The translations under genes and the position numbers were made by a program. A model generated the notes under the pieces. That model did no database searches and had not been told where the DNA came from. It saw only the letters and a list, made by a program, of their open reading frames with translations. A DNA stretch of 63,589 bases, the filler included, from Squatina squatina (taxonomy: Eukaryota): the NCBI GenBank assembly GCA_031763465.1. It is 3 parts of 3 records of this genome, joined end to end, with 100 filler letters (N's around TTAATTAATTAA, not from the genome) between each part and the next. Parts side by side here need not be neighbours in the genome. Positions count along the whole stretch, not along the records: positions 1 to 30,560 come from JARFOE010000222.1; 2 more parts are not named here. One strand, written 5' to 3'. This document shows positions 11,222 through 23,029 of this stretch, piece after piece (position 1 is the first letter of the stretch; the number at the start of each line of letters is the position of its first letter).

Positions 11222-11574
11222 NNNNNNNNNNNNNNNNNNNNNNNNNNNNNNNNNNNNNNNNNNNNNNNNNNNNNNNNNNNNNNNNNNNNNNNNNNNNNNN
11301 NNNNNNNNNNNNNNNNNNNNNTTCAACGGTGCTGTTTCTATAAAAGGCTATTAAATGTTGACAGTCGCTCAACAAACATGTCAGCATTTTCTTCAGTGTG
11401 CAAAAGGAGTTGCGGAAAGGTTAAAAATTGATATATTTATTCAGTATCTGAAAAGTTGAAATTATTATTGCAGCTGTTTTGTGAAAATGAAATCACTGAG
11501 AAGATGCAAACAGAGGCTGCAGACATGTAAGCACTATACCGTAACTACTAGACCAGCAGGGAACAGGAGCAGCA

Positions 11575-12163
11575 GTTTACGAGTCTGTATTAGTTTCAGG
11601 GGCGAAATCAGTTTGATGTTCTCTCAGAGTTTGAGGGGTTGCATTAGTTTGAGGGCCTGTATCAGTTTGAGGGTTTGTATTTGTTTGAGGGTCTGTAGTA
11701 ATTTGAGGAACTATGTTATTTTGAAGGTCAGTAGCAACTGAGGGTCTGTATTAGTTTGAGGGGCTATTTTCGTTTGAGTTGCTGTATTAGTTTGAGGTGC
11801 TGTATTAGTTTGATTGTCTACATGAATTAATGGGCTGCATTGATATGTGTCCCGGTATTAATTTGAAGGGCTACAATAGTTTGACGTTCTCTGTTAGTTT
11901 CAGGTGCGCTGCTAGATTGAGACACTGCACTCGTTTGAAACGTATATTAGTTTGAGGTGCTGAACGTGTTTGAGGAGCTGTATAATTTTTCGTTACTGTA
12001 TTTGTTTGAGTGAAGGTATCAGACGTGCTGTATTAGTTTGAGGAGCTGTGTTAGTAGGGGCATCTGTATTAATTTGAGGGCCTGTAGTACTTTAATGAGT
12101 TGGATTAATTTGAGTCACTGTATTAGTTTGAGGGGCTGTGTTAACTTCGGGTATGTATTAATT
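11575..12163. repeat. Degenerate 18-bp minisatellite (tgtattagtttgaggggc)
   Basis: Recurrent gtattagtttgagg motif at ~18-bp spacing, about 30 copies. Confidence 0.85.
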
Positions 12164-12263
12164 NNNNNNNNNNNNNNNNNNNNNNNNNNNNNNNNNNNNN
12201 NNNNNNNNNNNNNNNNNNNNNNNNNNNNNNNNNNNNNNNNNNNNNNNNNNNNNNNNNNNNNNN

Positions 12264-12510
12264 AGAACTACCAAAGGCGACATGAGGAAAAACATTTTTG
12301 CATGGCGAGTGGTTAGGATCTGGAAAGCACTGCCTGAAAGGGTGGTGGAAACAGATTCAATTGTGGCTTTCAAAAGGGAGTTAGATAAGCACCTCATGGA
12401 TAAACATGTGCAGGGCCATAGGGAAAGGGTGGGGGAGTGGGATTAGCTGAAGTGCTCTTGCACAGAGCTGGCACAGATTCGATGGCCGAATGGCCTCCTT
12501 CTGTGCTGAT
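12264..12510 (+). mobile_element. CR1-type LINE 3' end
   Basis: gagtggttaggatctggaaagcactgcctgaaagggtggtgg...ttcaaaagggagttagataagc...gatggccgaatggcctccttctgtgctg is a typical CR1 tail. Confidence 0.75.
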
Positions 12511-13256
12511 TCTAGGAGAGAAGAGTCTAGGAGGGGTAATGATAAAAGAAGTAAAAAGTGGAATTAGAATTGATGGGCTCAGGTCCAGAGCGGCAGCCAA
12601 AACACACACCTGAATGGCCACAGGGAAACAGGGACACAGGCCTGGATATGTGGCGATTATTAGGATACACATATCCTGGTAATAAATGGGGAATGGAGAG
12701 AAGACAAGAGAAGGGAGCCCAGAGTTAAAGTCCAGAAGCTTTTTGAGAGGTAGAGTATCGGAGGATGCACTGATGGAGGTATTTCTGTGGAAAGAAGATC
12801 CAGGAGGTGTGCAGGATCAATTGTGGTGAAGTTGGAAGTCACTATAAGATGAAGAAGTGGCGGAGAAATGTACTTCAGCCCAGGAATGTAAAACTCTAGA
12901 CAGGAACCAGACTGTCGCTGAAGCTGTAACACTTTTAAAAACCACATCCTGTTGGGTCCGCTCTTCTGGAGCAGAGTCGCTGCAGGTTGTGAATTGTTAC
13001 TTTAGGCCTCGAATCACTGCCCGTTTGTACCCACATTGATTTGTGCTGGCACCCTTCCTTGTCCAAGACCCTCTTCCCTAGATTCGCCTGCAGGTCTTAT
13101 CTGTGATGCCCAAATCTTGTTCCCACTGGAAAGGTAGAAAGGAGGAAAGGAATAAAAGAAAAGTCAGTCACAAATACAACACAATCAATGGAGAATCAGA
13201 ATAACAGAAATACCTCACCTACAACACACAGTAAAGGACAATCAAACCACTGCAAG

Positions 13257-13429
13257 TTGTCAGGACAGGAGCTCCAGCGCTCCCTCTGCAGGTAAATATT
13301 AGGATTGTCAGGACAGGAGCTCCAGCGCTCCCTCTGCAGGTAAATATTAGGATTGTCAGGACAGGAGCTCCAGCGCTCCCTCTGCAGGTAAATATTAGGA
13401 TTGTCAGGACAGGAGCTCCAGCGCTCCCT
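13257..13429. repeat. Perfect 48-bp tandem repeat, ~3.6 copies, running into a gap
   Basis: The unit ttgtcaggacaggagctccagcgctccctctgcaggtaaatattagga is repeated identically and gives the GSAGAPVLTILIFTCR repeat ORF. Confidence 0.93.
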
Positions 13430-13800
13430 NNNNNNNNNNNNNNNNNNNNNNNNNNNNNNNNNNNNNNNNNNNNNNNNNNNNNNNNNNNNNNNNNNNNNNN
13501 NNNNNNNNNNNNNNNNNNNNNNNNNNNNNCCAAGGCCCTGTATAATTGCAGCAAGACATCCCTGCTCCCGTACTTGAATCTGAGCTCAGTTAACTCCGCA
13601 CAGACTGGAGCTCAAACCATGATGGTCCTCGTCTGTCGGGTTGAGTTCCACACAGGACCAACTGAGCCATCAGGCGTGCTGTTATTAATGGTCTTCATGG
13701 GTGTTACACCTAATGGACGGGCAGCAGAGACTCTACCTGAACTGAAGAGCATTCAATTCTGCATGGACCATGGAACTGGTTTTGGCGGTCGTGCGCTTAC

Positions 13801-13870
13801 TATTTCTTCCACAGCGAGGGAAGTTTCCATATGTTGCTTTCTTAACATAGCCATTGTAGCCAGCCCCAAC
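13801..13870 (-). CDS. Candidate 70-bp internal exon of an unidentified gene
   Basis: Strong acceptor ttctttttctgcag| and donor |gtaagc. Open frames read LGLATMAMLRKQHMETSLAVEEI or VGAGYNGYVKKATYGNFPRCGRN. No family recognised. Confidence 0.3.
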
Positions 13871-14280
13871 CTGCAGAAAAAGAACATCATTTTTAAAATA
13901 AACTGGCACTGGCACATATAGCAATGACATCTGATAGCAACTGAATCCAACCCACTGCAGTTAAGGGCTGCCAGTAAATATACTGTCCAGGCAGAGGGGA
14001 TTCCTGTCTTTCTGGTATCTGGACAATCTATGAAGTTGCATAACGTAAGACAGACCATATGGTCATTCTCTAACAGAAAACATAGAATCAGGATAAAGGA
14101 GTAATTTTCAGGAGGGCAATCTGTAACTAGTAGGGTGCCACAGGGATCAGTGCTATTTATCAGTCGCTACTATTTACAATNNNNNNNNNNNNNNNNNNNN
14201 NNNNNNNNNNNNNNNNNNNNNNNNNNNNNNNNNNNNNNNNNNNNNNNNNNNNNNNNNNNNNNNNNNNNNNNNNNNNNNNN

Positions 14281-15062
14281 GTGTTGCTTCTGCCTAATCA
14301 TGTTGTGATTTTCCAAGTGCTCTAATATTATTTACTTCAAGTTCCTCACTCTCATTAGACCCTTGGTTCCCCAGAATTTCCAGTATGTTTTTTTGTCTCT
14401 CCTACTTTAAAGACATACAAAATATTTAAAGTCTCTGTCATTTCCTTATTCCCCATTAAAATTTCTCCCATCTCTGCCTCTAATGGACACGCATTTACTT
14501 TTGCTAATCTCTTCCTTTTTGCATATTGTAAAAACTTTTGCAATCTGTGTTTATTTTTCTTGCTAGTTTACTCTCGTCATCTATTTTCTCCCTCTTTATC
14601 AATTTCTTGCTCATCCTTTGCTGATTTTGAAACCCCTCCCAATCCTCAGGCTTACTACTCTTTGGCAACATTGTATGCCTCTTTCAATCTGGTACTATCC
14701 TTAACTTCTCTAGTTAGCCATCGCTGTACCTCTTCTCCAGTGGAGTTTTTTTTCCTCAAGGAATGTATATTTGTTGAGAATTGTGAATTATTTCTTTAAA
14801 TGTTTGTCAATACTTAACTACCATCGTGTTTTTAAAATCTAATTTCCCAAGCAACCTCTGCCAACTCGCCCCTCACACTTTGTATTCGGCTTTGTTTAAA
14901 TTTCAGATTCAACTATGTCATTCTCAAACTTCATATGAAGTTTATCATATAATGATCACTTTTCCCCAGAGGATCCTTTACTATAAGATTACTAATAACC
15001 CAGTCTCATTACATAATACCAGATTGAAAAAAGCCAATTCACTAGTTGGTTCCTTGACATAT
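14281..15062 (-). mobile_element. Degenerate CR1 LINE ORF2 fragment
   Basis: YAKRKRLAKVNACPLEAEMGEILMGNKEMTETLN linker. The endonuclease end (EPT...DLVL.NE) is seen near 15000-15060. Same family as 33939-34650. Confidence 0.7.
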
Positions 15063-17218
15063 TGTACGGGACAGACTGGATGGACCAATATATCTTAACC
15101 TGTCTGATTGTATTTTGTATTACTTTTGAAATGTAGTCATTGTTACATATGCAGTAGCCAAATTACTTGCAGCAAGGTCCCACATATAACCAATAATTGA
15201 ATGACCGAGTAATTTGTTTTTACTTTTCTGTGAACTTAGTTTAGATAGTGAATAAAGAAAATTTGCATTGCGTTATATAAGTGGAGAATTTTCATTGCTG
15301 TGCACATTTTCTTAATTTGTGTATTTAATTAGAATGTTTCTCAATGTGATTGCTACGAAAGAGTTTTGACTTGACTTTGGAAACCTGGGCTTAGTATTTT
15401 GATGATTGGATGGTTCTCCTGCCAGAGCTTGCAAATTTGACCCTGCAAATTTAGCAGTCCCGATGACACCGGAGGGCAGTAGCACTCTTGGCTTTCCAGT
15501 GTAGTCACTTTTATCATAGATAAATAACTAAGTACAATATAAACAAAAAATCCTCACAGTAATAATTGTTCTCTGAAGGGGTGTCTTTTACTTGTATACA
15601 AGCCTGGTTTATCTGATTTCCATGTGGAGTAGCCTGGATTTAAAAAAAAATAATCGCTGCCTGAAGTGCAGGTCGCCATCCTGAAGATTTCAACAGCGCA
15701 TTCTGCACTGCGCGTTTAACTCAATGACACCAAATGAAAGAATCATGCGGGATTCCTGGCCCAATCAAATGGAGCGGGTCAGTTAATGTCACTGATGACT
15801 CATTTTCAGTGCAGAGATTTAAAGCAGCCTTGCACACATTTCATTTGAAGGTGGCTATAGGAGTGTTCAAGGTGCTTNNNNNNNNNNNNNNNNNNNNNNN
15901 NNNNNNNNNNNNNNNNNNNNNNNNNNNNNNNNNNNNNNNNNNNNNNNNNNNNNNNNNNNNNNNNNNNNNNNNNNNNNACTGCCAATTTCAAGCTTGACAT
16001 GAGAGATCAGTCCAATGCCATGTCACAATCAGTTTCAAAAAGCAAAGTACAAAACTGAGCATGTCTACTGCAAAGTTGATGATGCATTCTGGCCCAAATA
16101 TCAAGCTGACAGGAAAATGTAACAAAATGTATGAACATAAAGACAAATACCAAAGTTTAAAATTTGAAATTCTGGAACAGTGAGTACAGTCAGCCTTTGG
16201 TTTTCCAGCATGGCAGCAATTAGGGTTGGTCAAAAGAATTGCGGCAGTCACTGACATCAATGACAAAGATGATCAAATAACTGTGTGCATGGCATCCTCT
16301 CCTGTCGTGAGAAATAAGACTCAGTGAGAAAATAGCCTCTCAATAAGAGTCAACCAGAAGATCAAACTGAACCTGAAATTATGAGACATGAATCCGAACA
16401 GAGACATCCAAGTTGTAAACAAAAGCCACCTGATTGATTGGGCTTATAGTCTATCTGTGCAATGATATAATTGTATAATAGTAATCCATATGTAGAGTAT
16501 TACATTTTGAATCGGTTTATGAAATAATTTCTGAAAGAACGGGCGGCGGACTGATTTGTTAAAGTTAAAGCCATCTATGATCAGAGATACAATCAATATA
16601 TAAGCTCCCTGTGTTCTGAGAACGAAGGAGGCATTTTGATGAAGCTTGATACATGCTCCAGACAGTCTACTGAGAGTTATTATTCAATAAGGTGACAAAC
16701 CTCTTCTCCTGGTTTCTTAAACTGTGATATAAACCAATGCTGCTGACTCCATATGACCATTTTGAGTCAAAGCAGTAGCATTGCCTTCAGTAGTCCAATG
16801 CTAAAGTGACTGAATACTGTGTAAAGTTTGGTCATCCACAGTCTTTGCTTGGCAGCTCTTTGGCTTTATTCCAAGGAAAACTAACTGATCACCGATTCAT
16901 AGACATCCATTATATCAACCTCCTTTTACTTGGGTTTGAATAGACTGATATTTAAACTCAGTTACACAATTAACTGCATCCCTCTTGAATACTCTGATTT
17001 AGCACTCTTCCACTTAAACATGAGAGGTACGTTAGACTTCTAATGGTGTGTTGGAAGAGAGGCACTTGTGGTCGTGCCCCTGGAGGACCAGCTCTAGGTA
17101 ATGAGTACACAGTGGTTGTGGAGGTGAGGCTCATGAAGCAGTTAGTGATATTGGTCTAATCATGGTCCCTGACGATAAAGCACCAGTTTTGAAAGTGTTT
17201 CTCTTGTGATTGATTTAG

Positions 17219-17350
17219 GGTGGATTGCTCTGGGAGGAGAGTCGCCAGTCTGGATGTTGATGGAGTCATTAAAGTGTGGGCATTCAACCCCACCATGCAG
17301 ACTAAGGCCACCATAATGTCCAAATCACAGCTGCTTTCCTTGGAGTGGGC
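17219..17350 (+). CDS. WDR91: WD repeat-containing protein 91 exon (3' end lost in gap)
   Basis: tgatttag|[45 protein letters not shown], nearly identical to the recalled WDR91 WD40 segment. Confidence 0.9.
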
Positions 17351-17450
17351 NNNNNNNNNNNNNNNNNNNNNNNNNNNNNNNNNNNNNNNNNNNNNNNNNN
17401 NNNNNNNNNNNNNNNNNNNNNNNNNNNNNNNNNNNNNNNNNNNNNNNNNN

Positions 17451-17990
17451 AGAATGCTACCAGATACTGCTGAGACAGTATCAGTGATCCAATCAATAGC
17501 AACTTTAGTAGCAGAAGCTAACCCAAGTATTGCCTCTATAATACCTTGACTTATAGCCTTAAGTCAATCTGGGGCTTGCCAAATATCATCCAATTCAATT
17601 TGCGACAGCAAGTGTTGTGTCCTTTTAATAGTATCCTCGACTGAGTAATTGGTAAGGTAAGAATCAGTTCCATGCCCTGTAACTGACTAAGAACTGTGCT
17701 AAATTTGCTAAATTTGATAGATGTATAGCTAATACTGGGGGCATAGGAATTCCTAGATCTAGAGGATTTACTGTATTGGAGAGTGTGTCCACAACAGGTG
17801 ACATCTCTGGAGGATGCTATCATCCAAGTGCGTTTGTTCAGCCCACAGTTGGAACATTTGGAAGCTGTAATGACTGCATAGGATCCATTCCCCAAAGAGA
17901 AATGTCACTAGTAATCTGGTCTAACTGATGTAGAGATGATCGGGCAGTTTGCCTTATCTGAACCTTTTCCACATTGCTTAAATTTTTCCC
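17451..17990 (-). mobile_element. env: Endogenous foamy-virus-like (spumaretroviral) env fragment, TM ectodomain, pseudogenised
   Basis: Reconstructed translation: EKFKQCGKGSDKANCPIISTSVRPDY**HFSLGNGSYAVITASKCSNCGLNKRTWMIASSRDVTCCGHTLQYSKSSRSRNSYAPSISYTSIKFSKFSTVLSQLQGMELILT/TNYSVEDTIKRTQHLLSQIELDDIWQAPD*LKAISQGIIEAILGLASATKVAIDWITDTVSAVSGSI. Colinear with recalled foamy virus Env (CGNSSDTSDCPV...LKNGSYLV...SCFG...KIKGIKIEVT...TPAWIQQL). Confidence 0.8.
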
Positions 17991-18090
17991 NNNNNNNNNN
18001 NNNNNNNNNNNNNNNNNNNNNNNNNNNNNNNNNNNNNNNNNNNNNNNNNNNNNNNNNNNNNNNNNNNNNNNNNNNNNNNNNNNNNNNNNN

Positions 18091-18320
18091 AGTTATGCTC
18101 TGAAATTATTGAACTCAATGCCGAGTCTGGAAGGCTGTAAAGTGCCTAATGGAAAGATGAGGTGCTCTTCCTCGAGCTTGCGTTGAGCTTCATTGGAACA
18201 GTGTATGAGGCCAAAGACAGAGAAATCAGAGTGGGAATGAAGTGGAGAATTGAAGTGACAGGCAACTGTAAGTTCAGGGTCACGCTTATGGACTGAATGG
18301 AAGTTTTCTGCAATGCATGT
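18091..18320 (-). mobile_element. Penelope-like element, GIY-YIG endonuclease C-terminal fragment
   Basis: The reverse strand reads approximately ENFHSVHKRDPELTVACHFNSPLHSHSDFSVFGLIHCSNEAQRKLEEEHLIFPLGTLQPSRLGIEFNNFR, a typical PLE endonuclease tail. Confidence 0.75.
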
Positions 18321-18419
18321 AGCGGGAACTGTTCTTTCCTTATAGTGACAGCCCTCACATTGTTGAGTGTGAAATTCACTGATGAAGGTAAATCACTGTT
18401 CTTTCCCAATCACCTGCAG

Positions 18420-18613
18420 AGACTTTCCACAGCTGAATGAGAAGAATGTGGAGAGCAATAACCAGATGGCGTTCGATACTGCCGAACGGGAGTTTGGAAT
18501 TTCCCCCATAATGACAGGGAAGGAGATGGCATCGGTGGGAGAACCAGACAAACTGAGCATGGTCATGTACCTGTCGCAGTTCTACGAAATGCTCAAGGAC
18601 ACGACCCCAGAGG
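18420..18613 (+). CDS. MICAL3: MICAL3 calponin-homology-domain exon, 194 bp
   Basis: cacctgcag|[66 protein letters not shown]|gtgagc. [26 protein letters not shown] matches recalled MICAL3. Confidence 0.87.
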
Positions 18614-21149
18614 GTGAGCAGATACCATACAGAGCAGATAGTTTTGTTAAGTTTACAGTGCCTATCTTTGCAGGCAGTGCACGATGAGGTGGTGTTTATA
18701 ACCCAGTGTTTGGTCACTGTGAGCTGTCAGTGTGGAGCTCTGCTGTTTCAATTGATGGGCAGGTTCAGAAGAACCAGCGCTCTGCTCAGTAATCCTTTTC
18801 TTTGACGTTCCTTGCCGAGTATCACAGGCTAAGGGAGAAAACTGATACCTCATGACACCGCTCATTCCTCTTGTCTAAGTGACGTAAGGAGATACACCCA
18901 ATTGTGAAATTTTACCAATGTATATGGGCCCTTGGTAACTACTAGAGGTGGTTAATGAGAACTGTTATCAGTGTTTCAGGACCCTTTGTAACTGGAGGGG
19001 GAGAAGGTACAGAAGAGATTTACTGGAATGGTTCCAGGGATGAATGATTACAATTACGTGGNNNNNNNNNNNNNNNNNNNNNNNNNNNNNNNNNNNNNNN
19101 NNNNNNNNNNNNNNNNNNNNNNNNNNNNNNNNNNNNNNNNNNNNNNNNNNNNNNNNNNNNNCAATTGGTGTGCTAAATAATTTTTTATCTGGAGTTTCAT
19201 GTGGTGTTGAATAAAAAATATTATGGACTCAATTCACAGATGAAGGGAAGGAAAGCACAGCACAAAAATTAATAAGTGTCTGCAGCAGGAAAACTCTGGA
19301 CACATAGACCCAGAAAATAAACGGTGGTGGAGGGGTGGGGTGCTGTATCCCAGTGAGAGAGGCAGGATGTACCCACCTGTATGCTCCACTGCTGACCCTC
19401 TTGATATTCATGATGTGGATTTTTGACGTCTTGTGCAGTGCCCCCAGCAGACGAGGTGGCATAAATGGTCAGCTGGGGGAATGCTGGAGCTCTTGCAAGA
19501 AACAAGAGACTGCACCCCAGCTACTTTTGTAAAGGAGCCACTTTTATGTTTAAAATGTCTTTTGGTTCTCTTGGATGTGCAGACTTCAAAACGGGGCTTG
19601 GTCATTAGGTGGACCCCACTCCTGCACCGACCACACACAATAGGTCCTAACAAAGGGCTGGAAATGGAAATTCCAGACTTCTGGAATCCCCACCCCTTCC
19701 ACATCACTGGCCTTGTAATAGAGAGGCGGTGGTCTGGACCCTTACAAAGTCTCGCAGGAACTCCCAGGCCAGAACCCCATGTATTCAGGTCCTGCCCTAT
19801 TCTCTGGCCGTGCCACCATATTCCTGCGAGATTACATCAGAAGTGATGAGAAAATTCAGCGCCATTATGTCTTTTCAGCCAGTATACAAGTTGAAAGGGC
19901 ACCGTTATTACTACACTAGTGTACCGTTACCCACCTTAAATATTCAGATCTTATTTGGGTCCTTTGAAAACCAGTCTGGATGGATTTTGTTGAAGCCTTA
20001 AGTGTCAACCCACTCAAATGCTGACACATTTGAAGTTCTTCCTAAAGTCCTATAACTATAAGCACTAGTGTATTCACTACTGGCAAATATTTTTACTGCA
20101 TAAAATTGATATTGTGTCAAAAATAAATAATACTAGTTGAGCTCCTGGGGCATTGGTCACAAAGAGTCAAGGCTAAATGTAGTCTTCAGATGAAGGGGGT
20201 TGGGAGCAGTGGTTCGAGGATGCGAGACAATTGAACTAGGATGCACAGATGTGATTTAATCCTATTTTAAAGACATATATTCCGTTCTTTTAAAAAAAAG
20301 TCACTACAAATTCAAGTTATAATCATTAAGAGTAATAGTGCATTGGACAGAAGGAGAGCCCCTACCCCCACCAAGCAGGCCGACACAGACAGAGGCCCAG
20401 AATAAGGTCTCCCAGCCCAGCCTGGCTCCACACTCTCCGCTCCCCGCAGTTAGTGGTGTTATGAGGACCTAGACGTATTATTGAAGCATGGCAAATATCA
20501 GAGCCCACGATGGGATGGCAGAGTCGGAGAGCAGGCTCTGCTCCTTCTGGGTCCGGGCCGGGCCAGGCTAAACCTCTACTTGTCCTCAGTCACTCCCAAT
20601 CATTGGTCCAATAAAAGGTTGATAGTTGTCACAGTAATGAAACAGCAGGTGTAGGGTAGATATAGCGATATACTGGAGTAATGATGGGTCTCAGTGTCTC
20701 CAGCACTCCACACAGAGCCACACACCACTCCAACACACAGGCGTTGCCAGTCCAACAGCCGCAATATTCTGGTGTGTTATCCACATCCAGTGAGGGTTCT
20801 CAGTCACCAGTCGCCACGCTCAGCATTCTTCGTCCTGGTACAGCGGCTCCTCCAGTTCCTGGCACTCCANNNNNNNNNNNNNNNNNNNNNNNNNNNNNNN
20901 NNNNNNNNNNNNNNNNNNNNNNNNNNNNNNNNNNNNNNNNNNNNNNNNNNNNNNNNNNNNNNNNNNNNNCGAGTGTGGAGTGGAGCAGAGGCCTGGGCCG
21001 AGAATGGAAACCCCGTGTATTATTTACTTCCCTGTCCCCTCCCCCAACCCCAGACAACTCCTGCCGTCAGCACCACTGCAGGAAGCCAAAGGGTTAAAGT
21101 CCTTCCTTTCACCCCCTTTCTATTGACGTTTGGAGACTGGCTGCAGCCC

Positions 21150-21960
21150 GGGGCTGGCCTCCCGATCCGTGCGTGTTCAATTCAATGGATCGCCAACTTA
21201 AACAAGTCCGGGAAATACTTTACAGGAGACAGCGAGAAAGGAAAGTGCAGCCCTCCCTCCGAGGCCGGGAAGTTGCACCATTCCCAGCCCACTTCCCTCG
21301 CCCTCCCTTCCTCTCCAGTTTCCATTGTGAGCACAGCTACCATCAAACAGCAAGCCAGCCAGATCAGTAACATTGTAGCGAGATCAGTAACATTGTGTCG
21401 AGACTTGCTGAAAATGCCAAGTATCCACAGTATTTGTGCGCCGGCCTGCAATAAGGAAGTGGATTAAAAGTCAGACAAATTTCAACTTTTCTCTCCAAGG
21501 ATGGAGTTGGTTTCACGCGGTTTCAAACTTTCTTTTTACCTTAATGTGTCGCTGGGCGAAAGCTTCAGACATGTCTGGGAAGTCAGGAGAGAGCTGCTCC
21601 ACTTCCCCCTCTGCCCGCTCTCCCTCTCTGTCTCTCCCTCTCCCTGGGAAGGGGAGCTCCCTTGGTCTCTGTGCGGGAGATTGCGGACAGAGTTAGTGAA
21701 GAGCCGGGCGAAGCACCGATCTGGCCGGCTGCTCGCTGCCCGATTCCTCCGGCTGTGAATCACATCCTTGACCTCTTCTCCTTCTTCCGGGAAGAGAAAG
21801 CGAAAGGCTCGCCGATCTCATTGTTGGTCACAAATTTGCAGCCAACCTTTGACGTGAATTCCCAGCAGCAACAAGCGGGTGGGAAGCGGACACCGCGTCT
21901 TAAAGGGGAACCGTAACCCGGAAACATCGTTCCGGCACCGAGAACGCACACAGTCGGTCC
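21150..21960. promoter_or_regulatory. CpG-island-like segment, candidate promoter or first exon
   Basis: Locally high CpG/GC compared with the flanks. ETS-like ccggaa motifs at ~21918-21935. Possible minus-strand donor (aag|gtaaaa) at ~21540. No recognisable coding product. Confidence 0.4.
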
Positions 21961-22019
21961 AGCTTTAAACCAGGCCACACAGTGGCAGAGCAAGGAGGGC
22001 CAGACACCAGCACAGGAAG

Positions 22020-22238
22020 GTCTCAAACACCCAGACAGAGAAGAAGGCCTCACACACACACACAGACACACATGAAGGCCTCTCTCTCACACACACACAG
22101 ACATACATGAAGGCCTCTCTCTCTCATACGCACACACACACACAGGAAGGCATCACACACAGAGACATACATGAAGGCCTCTCTCTCACACACACACACA
22201 GGAGGCCTCACACACACACAAATGCATACACACAGGAA
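22020..22238. repeat. (CA)/(CT)-rich compound minisatellite
   Basis: Repeated gaaggcctctctctcacacacacacagacatacat units. Confidence 0.9.
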
Positions 22239-22669
22239 NNNNNNNNNNNNNNNNNNNNNNNNNNNNNNNNNNNNNNNNNNNNNNNNNNNNNNNNNNNNNN
22301 NNNNNNNNNNNNNNNNNNNNNNNNNNNNNNNNNNNNNNAGGTCACCCAGTTCTAATTTATGGATGACAATTTTTAGCTCCTCTCACTCAGTACAGCTCTC
22401 ATGTCAGCCAAATTTACAAATAGTTGTGAAATAATGAGAATAGATGTATGAAACCGAAAAAGAAGCAAGGTTTTGAGGAAGGATGAGGGAAGAATAAACA
22501 AATGAGTCAAATACTGAAACCTCTGGAAGGTAGCACAAAATGATCAAGATTTATAATGTGAATAAATGAGCGTAAAAGGTGTTGAGGGGGAAGTTTTGTA
22601 AAGTAGCAGGTAAAACGTAAGATAAATATTGTATATTTTGGAAACGATTCTGCTATCTTCTGTAGGAGC

Positions 22670-22930
22670 TGTTAAACCAAAATTCTGTTTGGCTGTTCAG
22701 GTGGATGCAAAAGATTCCATGGCGTAATTTAAAGAAGAGCAGATGGTTCTACTGCATCCTGGCCAATATTCACCCTTTAACCAATACTGTCAAAAAAATG
22801 AACTGCCTATATATCTAATTTGTGTAATATTTGCTATTTGTGGGACCTGGCTGCCACATTTGCCTATAAAACAAGTGACTATATTTCAAAATGAATTCAT
22901 TGGCAGTGTCTTTGTGACATTCTTGAGTGC
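22670..22930 (+). mobile_element. Degenerate SacSINE1/DeuSINE fragment
   Basis: gttaaacc...caggtggatgcaaaagattccatggc...gaagagcag...tcctggccaatatt aligns to the Deu core of 7460-7780. Confidence 0.6.
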
Positions 22931-23029
22931 AAGTCCATTCGGATTTTAAAAATCGCTTTTCTTTGCTCTGAGGCCTGAATCTTTCAGTAACATGAAGTAT
23001 GCAATGCTTTTGCCTCAAGTCACCAATAG

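Noticed and set aside
16218-16301. Possible small-GTPase-like exon on the - strand (RGCHAHSYLIIFVIDVSDCRNSFDQP*)
   Set aside because: The resemblance is vague, the frame stops immediately, and there is no donor site or other GTPase motif.
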